Positions 58,393 through 64,000 of a stretch of 64,000 nucleotides of DNA are shown here, piece by piece (the first letter of the stretch is position 1; every line of letters starts with the position of its first letter). The notes beneath the pieces are model-generated. The model was given only the letters and a program-made list of their open reading frames with translations, had not been told where the DNA came from and searched no databases. The position numbers were made by a program, and so were the translations under genes. The stretch is taken from contig URDS01000004.1 in NCBI GenBank assembly GCA_900546635.1, positions 69 through 64,068 of the forward strand. The letters are read 5' to 3'. The DNA comes from an uncultured Eubacteriales bacterium (lineage in GTDB: Bacteria > Bacillota > Clostridia > Oscillospirales > CAG-272).

Positions 58393-59796
58393 ATGCATGA
58401 CTTTTTGCAGTTTGTTCTCGGACTGCTTGAGCGTGGGGTGGGATTGGCCGTCGCTGCGGTTGCGGCCGGCTGTCTGATTTTTGCAGTTGTCTATTTTATT
58501 TTTCGGGTAAAGACAAAGGGAACAAAAAAATTTCCGTGGGGAAAAGCGATTGCGGCGCTGATGCTGGTCGGATATACCGCGATTTTGCTCTACGCAACGC
58601 TTTTGCGGTATTCCAGCGGCGCTTTCGGTACGAACTTTCATTTGTTTCGCGCGTGGAGAGAGTCATGGAACAGTTGTTCTCTGCAAAATTGGCTGAATGT
58701 GCTTTTAAATGTGGCGTTGTTTATCCCGCTCGGCATTTTGCTCCCGCTGCTGACAAAACGGCTTAGAAAATGGTATGCGCTCCTGGCGATTGGGTTTGGG
58801 ACCTCGCTTTGCATTGAACTTGTTCAGTATGCTACCGGTCGTGGAATGCTGGATGTGGACGATTTGTTTGCGAATACCCTCGGCTGTATTCTCGGATACT
58901 GTATCGTCATGGCGGTTTTGTCTTTGTTTTGCAGAAAAGGAAAATCTTTCAAAAAGTGCCTTGCTTATTTGGCGTATCCGGCGGCGTTTGCTGTTGCGCT
59001 TACCGGCCTTTATGCGGGCTATCATCTGAAAGAATACGGCAATCTGGAAGAATCTCCGATTTTTACGGCCAATACAAAGGGCGTCGTATGGAATTTAGCG
59101 TATGAGTTGGACGACACCGTGACCTCCGTCCCGGTTTATCGCACCGAGCCTTTAAACAAAACGACTTGTGACAAGTTTGGCGCCGAGTTTGCCGCAAATG
59201 CAAAAATCACATTTTCGGATGCGTATTATTACGATCATACCACTATTTTTGCAAATCATTCGACGGGCGACTTCTTAAACGTAAACTATTATGATCGCAG
59301 TTATGATTACACGCTTGGAAAAGATGCGCAGGTACCGGACGGTAAACCGGTTGATGAGGCGTTTCTGCGGGAAATTCTGAATGGGTACGGCATTCATATC
59401 CCAAAGATGGCCGAGTACAGCGATGACGGAGAGGGGCGTTATACTTTTACGGTGAACATGCAGCCGACAGACGGCGGATTTATAGACGGTACGCTTACTT
59501 GCCGATGCGACAAAGACGGCACGGCTTTAAGAAATGTAACCAACAAACTTGTGACGCTTGCGTATTATAAGGACGCGCCTGTTCTTACGCAGTCCGCGGC
59601 TTACAAACAGCTTTGCAAAGGAAAATTTGCAAACGGAGATCGCTTTGAATACTATGCGCCAAGGCAGGTTTCTGTGTTGTCCTGCACGCAGGAATATCGC
59701 ATGGATACAAAGGGATTCTATCGGCCGGTATATGTATTTGATGTCGTGCTGGACGGCGAAACCTGTGATAAAATTGTCATGCCCGCCGGAAAATAG
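58393..59796 (+). CDS. VanZ-like membrane protein with a ~260-aa C-terminal extracytoplasmic extension
   Basis: NVLLNVALFIPLGILLP...GTSLCIELVQYATGRGMLDVDDLFANTLGCILGY is the VanZ signature. It is followed by another TM and a soluble domain. Confidence 0.75.
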   Translation: MHDFLQFVLGLLERGVGLAVAAVAAGCLIFAVVYFIFRVKTKGTKKFPWGKAIAALMLVGYTAILLYATLLRYSSGAFGTNFHLFRAWRESWNSCSLQNWLNVLLNVALFIPLGILLPLLTKRLRKWYALLAIGFGTSLCIELVQYATGRGMLDVDDLFANTLGCILGYCIVMAVLSLFCRKGKSFKKCLAYLAYPAAFAVALTGLYAGYHLKEYGNLEESPIFTANTKGVVWNLAYELDDTVTSVPVYRTEPLNKTTCDKFGAEFAANAKITFSDAYYYDHTTIFANHSTGDFLNVNYYDRSYDYTLGKDAQVPDGKPVDEAFLREILNGYGIHIPKMAEYSDDGEGRYTFTVNMQPTDGGFIDGTLTCRCDKDGTALRNVTNKLVTLAYYKDAPVLTQSAAYKQLCKGKFANGDRFEYYAPRQVSVLSCTQEYRMDTKGFYRPVYVFDVVLDGETCDKIVMPAGK

Positions 59797-59854
59797 CCGG
59801 AATGCGAGCTTTGATTGTTCACTGTAAAAATGGGAATTTTCTATTACACGTTAC

Positions 59855-59898
59855 AAAAAGGATGCGAAAACGGTTGTGCCGTTTTCGCATCCTTTTTT
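59855..59898. terminator. Bidirectional hairpin terminator
   Basis: AAAAAGGATGCGAAAACGG-TTGTG-CCGTTTTCGCATCCTTTTTT. Confidence 0.88.
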
Positions 59899-59905
59899 GA
59901 CTTCG

Positions 59906-60877
59906 TTACAGTAAGCCGCGGAGAATTCGTTTCATTTCTTCGGCGTCGGTGGCCGTGTGCAGACGTCCGCGCGCCGCTGCGGCTCCCTCCATATTGTGAA
60001 TGTACTGCGCCGTTTGACGGCGCGCTTCGGCGATCGCCGTGCGCTCCGGCTTGGTGTCAAGCATCAGTTCAAGATGCTGCACAGCCGTTTCGATTCTTTC
60101 TTCGGGCGTCGGCGGGGTATAGCGCTTTTTTTCCATCATGGCGGAAATTTCATTGAAAATCCAGGGATTTCCCATTGCGCCGCGGGCAATCATGATTCCG
60201 TCACAGCCGGTGACATCCAGCATGCGGAACGCGTCGTCAGCCGAGAAAATATCGCCGTTGCCGACCACCGGAATTTTGACAGCTTTCTTGACTTTGGCAA
60301 TGATCGAGAGATCGGCGCGGCCGCTGTACATTTGCTTGCGTGTGCGTCCGTGAACGCAGATCATGGATGCGCCGGCGGCTTCCAGCGCTTTTGCCATTTC
60401 GGGGGCGTTTTTCTGTGTATCGTCAAAGCCGGCGCGTATTTTGACGGTGACGGGCAGATGTGTGGCAGCCCGGACGGAGGCAACGATTTTTTCGGCAAGC
60501 GAAATGTCGCGCATCAGTGCGCACCCCTCGCCGTTTGAGACGATTTTCCGAACGGGGCAGCCCATATTGATGTCAATGGCAGAGGGAATACGGACATAGC
60601 TTGCCAGTGTCCCTTCGGAGATGCGTTTGGCCGCCTCGGCCATAAAATCCGGCTTTGAGCCGAACAACTGAACGGCGATTGGCAACTCATCCGGGTCAAA
60701 TTCTGCAAGAAGCGGTGTTTTTTTATCGCCGTAACAGATTGCGGCCGCACTGATCATTTCGGTACAGAGATATTCGGCGCCGTGTGCGCGGCAGATTTTG
60801 CGGAACGCACGATCGCTGACCCCGGCCAGCGGCGCGAGGCAAAGTCCGTGCGGAATGTCGATGGTTTCGATTTTCAT
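59906..60877 (-). CDS. dusB: tRNA-dihydrouridine synthase
   Basis: LCLAPLAGVSDRAFRKICRAHGAEYLCTEMISA, DINMGCP, VTVKIR and MIARGAMGNPWIF. The start is set at MKIETIDIP. The 70-codon N-terminal extension in the ORF track has no support. Confidence 0.9.
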   Translation of the reverse strand: MKIETIDIPHGLCLAPLAGVSDRAFRKICRAHGAEYLCTEMISAAAICYGDKKTPLLAEFDPDELPIAVQLFGSKPDFMAEAAKRISEGTLASYVRIPSAIDINMGCPVRKIVSNGEGCALMRDISLAEKIVASVRAATHLPVTVKIRAGFDDTQKNAPEMAKALEAAGASMICVHGRTRKQMYSGRADLSIIAKVKKAVKIPVVGNGDIFSADDAFRMLDVTGCDGIMIARGAMGNPWIFNEISAMMEKKRYTPPTPEERIETAVQHLELMLDTKPERTAIAEARRQTAQYIHNMEGAAAARGRLHTATDAEEMKRILRGLL

Positions 60878-61078
60878 AGTTTCCTGTTTGTTTCGGCGTT
60901 TGGCGCTAAAGGCACGTATTGCCGATTCCGAAAAATAGAATTTTATTTCATGGTACCATTTCTTCCTTTTTATGTCAACTTTATTACCAATTATTTTTAC
61001 TTTCTTTCTTTTTTCTCCTGTGATAAAATATTGATAGTCCTTAATCGGGGAGGATATTTGTAAAAGGAGAAAACAAGT

Positions 61079-62017
61079 ATGAAAAAACAACTCACAATTG
61101 CGTTTTCACTGGCTGCAATATCCGCCGCACTTGCACTGGGCTCTTCTGCACTTGACGGCGGCCAGGTACATGTGAAAACGACGCTGAATGTTCGGACGGA
61201 ACCGAGTATTGGATCGACAGTGAAAGCTTCGCTGTATGACGGACAGGTTATCACGCTGCATGACAAGACGGGAAACTGGTGGCATATTGAGTACGGCGAC
61301 GGTTTGTATGGCTATGCCTCCGCATCGTACATACAGGCGCTGGGTCTGCCGGTCGCGACTGTGCAAACGAATGGATCGAACTTAAACGTGCGCAGCGGGG
61401 CGGGGTTGGGCTATTCGGTAAAAGGAAAACTGAAAAACGGCGAGACTGTGCTTTGCCTCGGTACATACGGAAATTTCATCAAGGTGCTTTATAACGGAAA
61501 TTCGGTGGGATATGTGGCCTCGCAGTATCTTGCGGTGTCCAAAGATACCCTGGCCGAACCGATAAATCTCAGCGTAACTTCGTATAAGCAGTATGACAGC
61601 CGCTGGGCGCGTCTGACGCTGCCGGGCAGCGGGGAGAGCCTGCGTACGCACGGATGCGCGGTCACAGCGCTTGCCATGACCGAGAGCTATCGCCGCGGTA
61701 CAACCGTAACGCCGGGGGATATTTTGCAAAGCGAAAAATTCACATCAACCGGTGCGATTTACTGGCCGGCCGGTTATAGCGTCGGGAAAGCGACCGATGT
61801 ATCGTTTTTGCATGCCAATTTAGCGGCGGGCAAACCGGTTATCGTACATGCGAAGAAAGCGAACGGTTCGATGCATTTTGTCGTTGTGTACGGTTATACG
61901 GGCGAGGGATTGGATACAAAGAATTTTAAAGTTCATGATCCCGGATCCGAAACCCGTACAACGCTTGCGGATTTTTATGCCGTGTATCCGTATATTGTTA
62001 AAACACTTGTTTATTAA
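61079..62017 (+). CDS. Secreted protein with two bacterial SH3 domains and a C-terminal C39-like cysteine peptidase domain
   Basis: Signal peptide. SH3b-like LNVRTEPSIGSTVKASLYDGQVITL...WWHIEY..GYASASYI and LNVRSGAGLGYSVKGKLKNGETV. The C-terminal SYKQYDSRWA...THGCAVTALAM...MHFVVVYGY is a peptidase_C39_2-like pattern. Confidence 0.7.
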   Translation: MKKQLTIAFSLAAISAALALGSSALDGGQVHVKTTLNVRTEPSIGSTVKASLYDGQVITLHDKTGNWWHIEYGDGLYGYASASYIQALGLPVATVQTNGSNLNVRSGAGLGYSVKGKLKNGETVLCLGTYGNFIKVLYNGNSVGYVASQYLAVSKDTLAEPINLSVTSYKQYDSRWARLTLPGSGESLRTHGCAVTALAMTESYRRGTTVTPGDILQSEKFTSTGAIYWPAGYSVGKATDVSFLHANLAAGKPVIVHAKKANGSMHFVVVYGYTGEGLDTKNFKVHDPGSETRTTLADFYAVYPYIVKTLVY

Positions 62018-62041
62018 ATTTTGTCCGTTCTCCGTCTGTTG

Positions 62042-62071
62042 AAAAAGTCCGGCTTTGAGCCGGGCTTTTTC
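62042..62071 (+). terminator. Hairpin terminator
   Basis: AAAGTCCGGC-TTTGA-GCCGGGCTTTTT. Confidence 0.75.
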
Positions 62072-62189
62072 TGCATAATATGGTAAAATAAAATTATAAA
62101 CGACTTCGTGTATTTATCTCCATTTGTGCGGGATTATCTCCGTTTAATCTGTGGATTCTTATCGTGAGAATATCGGTGGTCTTATGTAA

Positions 62190-62567
62190 AAAAAGCCAAA
62201 GGATGGGTGGGCGACGCTTTTAGACGATGATAGCGCGGCAAAAATTATTTCTCTATTAAATAATAGAAATTTTTGCAAAGCACTTTCAACAATTATCAAA
62301 GCAAATATGACTTCGTTTACATTTTCATCCCTATGCCACACTTGCAAAATAGAACAGACAAGCGAGTTTAAGGATGTACTGTTATCGAGTGGATTTTTTG
62401 ATGTGAAATCGGTAAAGATTGATGAAAACGATATGGAAATTTATGATTTTAGACAATCTCAGCGTTTATTTCTGATTTTTGCAATTTTACAATACGCAAA
62501 AGAATTTGCGAATTACAAGGAAAGATGTTATTATTACTTTGGCGATTCTAACTTTTTGAAAGAATAA
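62190..62567 (+). other. AT-rich open frame without a usable start upstream of ATG 62307; a possible 5'-truncated gene remnant or small hypothetical gene
   Basis: The frame is open from the stop at 62187-62189 to TAA 62565-62567. I found no ATG, GTG or TTG before ATG 62307 and no RBS at 62307. A hairpin CCGCCTG-CCACTG-CGGGCGG follows at ~62576-62595. Confidence 0.25.
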
Positions 62568-62677
62568 AACTATGCCGCCTGCCACTGCGGGCGGAATTAA
62601 AATTTTTATAAAATTCATCGAATCAAATCCAAAATTTGCGACTTATAGGTGAAAGCTTGGGGGGAGACGATACAAAT

Positions 62678-64000
62678 ATGAATCAAGAAATCAATAATTA
62701 CGTAGAGTATCTGTTCACTCTTGCTTTGCGTAAGTGCGGAGATATGCACGATGCCGAGGACTTAACACAAGATACATTATTTGCCGCTTATCAATATCTT
62801 TATAGAGGCGGCGAAATAACCAATATGAAATATTGGCTCGCCTCAACGCTTTCTCACAAATGGAATGATAAATTGAGAAAGAAATATAGGCTTCCGATTG
62901 TCAGCATTGAAGCTTACGGTGACACAACGGAGGACATTGCGGACGATTGTGAAGATTGTCGTCCTTGTGCCGAGGAAGTTCGGCGCGAGGTGGCGTATTT
63001 GGCTAAGCTATACCGCGAAGTTATTGTTTTGCATTATATGCAGGGAATGAAGGTGGATGAAATAGCGGCAAAACTTGGCATTCCCAAGGGTACGGTTCTA
63101 TCAAGATTATCGACAGGCAGAGAGCAGATACGGAAAGGATTTGATGAAATGGAAATTTACGAAAAACATAGCTATAAGCCTGAACGCTTAGACGTTGTTT
63201 GTCACGGGTATCAAGGTTTTCATGACGAGCCTTGGTCGCTTGTCGCAAATGATATGATGAGACAAAACATTTTGATTATTGCTTATGAGAAGCCTGTTTC
63301 CGTTGTCGAAATTTCCAAAGCTCTTGGCATACCGACTGCCTATGTGGAGGCGGCGGTTAACGACCTTGTAAAATCCGAGCTTATGGCAAGAGTTGGCAGC
63401 AAGGTATTTACCGACTTCATGATAACAACTCCCGAACAAAAGCTTCATGGGTTGGATGCGGAAATTGACTTAGTAGAACGAAACTATTCTGCGCTTATGT
63501 CCTTGGTCAATGAATATCTGTGTGAATTAGACTTACAGCTTATTGTTAGGCGTCTCACAGAAAGCAAGCAAAAGAAACTCAAATATTATTTTTTGCTACA
63601 TCTGTTCTCACACGCTATTTATGTAGCAACACAACGAATTGTGCCGTCAAAGGAAGAATATCCCGTTCGTCCGGATGGCGGCAGATGGATTGCGATAGGC
63701 TCTCGCTATCCTGAGGATTTTGATTTTAGCTCTTACCGCTTCGGGCAGTATTGCTACGGCGGTGAACGAGGAACATATTGGGAGTATTTTTTAGGCTCTA
63801 AATCAATAAATTTGAGGGTATATGATACACAACCCGACTTGAACTTATATCAGCACGGCAAAGTAGAGCTTAGCGACGATAATCTTTCGAAACTCTTATA
63901 TATCATATCAAGGCAAATCCCTTTTGAAGCGACAGGATTTAATATGATGTTTTGCGAGGATATACCGCATCTTGTTAAATGCGGTATACTTGGCAAGAGT
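62678..64000 (+). CDS. ECF-type sigma-70 family sigma factor with a long C-terminal extension (partial; it runs off the window)
   Basis: It is absent from the ORF track because no stop falls inside the window. ATG 62678 follows GGGGGGAG. My translation is MNQEINNYVEYLFTLALRKCGDMHDAEDLTQDTLFAAYQYL (region 2) ... EVIVLHYMQGMKVDEIAAKLGIPKGTVLSRLSTGREQIRKG (region 4), then more than 270 further codons in the same open frame to position 64000. Confidence 0.8.
   Translation, partial: MNQEINNYVEYLFTLALRKCGDMHDAEDLTQDTLFAAYQYLYRGGEITNMKYWLASTLSHKWNDKLRKKYRLPIVSIEAYGDTTEDIADDCEDCRPCAEEVRREVAYLAKLYREVIVLHYMQGMKVDEIAAKLGIPKGTVLSRLSTGREQIRKGFDEMEIYEKHSYKPERLDVVCHGYQGFHDEPWSLVANDMMRQNILIIAYEKPVSVVEISKALGIPTAYVEAAVNDLVKSELMARVGSKVFTDFMITTPEQKLHGLDAEIDLVERNYSALMSLVNEYLCELDLQLIVRRLTESKQKKLKYYFLLHLFSHAIYVATQRIVPSKEEYPVRPDGGRWIAIGSRYPEDFDFSSYRFGQYCYGGERGTYWEYFLGSKSINLRVYDTQPDLNLYQHGKVELSDDNLSKLLYIISRQIPFEATGFNMMFCEDIPHLVKCGILGKS

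Noticed and set aside
59906-61090. 394-aa form of the dusB ORF, and the N-terminally extended ORF-track forms of pyrG (9883), fba (12609), rny (3622) and the nitrilase-family gene (22209).
   Set aside because: The extensions lack RBSs and are AT-rich or low-complexity. Conserved N-termini with good RBSs start at internal ATGs (60877, 10006, 12711, 3562 and 22260).
62159-62347. 62-aa minus-strand ORF in the AT-rich spacer.
   Set aside because: It has no RBS and overlaps the plus-strand open frame. Its composition is consistent with a chance ORF in AT-rich DNA.

Overview
The window looks like a chromosomal segment from a spore-forming Firmicute of class Clostridia. The taxon is a guess from gene content: abrB-like, spoVS, ymdB and rny synteny, a DUF3794+LysM protein, and GGAGG-type ribosome-binding sites (RBSs). 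Hand counts on sample lines put G+C in the low-to-mid 50s percent. About 55 protein genes are supported, most of them housekeeping or transport. They include rny/ymdB/spoVS, pyrG, fba, pdxK, cls, rpsF-ssb-rpsR, dusB and an EndoA/MazF toxin. There are four ABC systems: BMP/nucleoside, polar amino acid, a T-box(Trp)-controlled PF04392-type system, and a GntR/YtrA-type exporter. The window also holds an AraC-linked TIM-barrel/Gfo-Idh-MocA sugar cluster, a BNR/Asp-box sialidase-like exoprotein and a GH36-like enzyme. I saw no rRNA, tRNA, CRISPR array, transposase or integrase. RNA and regulatory elements I can support are one T-box riboswitch with a UGG (Trp) specifier, several near-consensus sigma-A promoters, and many hairpin terminators. 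The best candidate for an undescribed system is the operon at 14.7-22.1 kb. It joins two CUT1-type importer permeases, with no ATPase, to an efflux-type membrane-fusion protein carrying a ~390-aa coiled coil. It also encodes a protein with a MacB-like periplasmic domain but no FtsX domain, and an 811-aa lipoprotein that fuses a beta-rich N-domain to a solute-binding domain. Secondary observations: an apparently antitoxin-less mazF, a frameshifted alpha/beta hydrolase, and an AbrB paralogue with a C-terminal Cys4 motif. At the right edge a low-G+C segment encodes an ECF-type sigma factor with a C-terminal extension of more than 270 aa. All family assignments come from reading motifs by eye. No database search was run.
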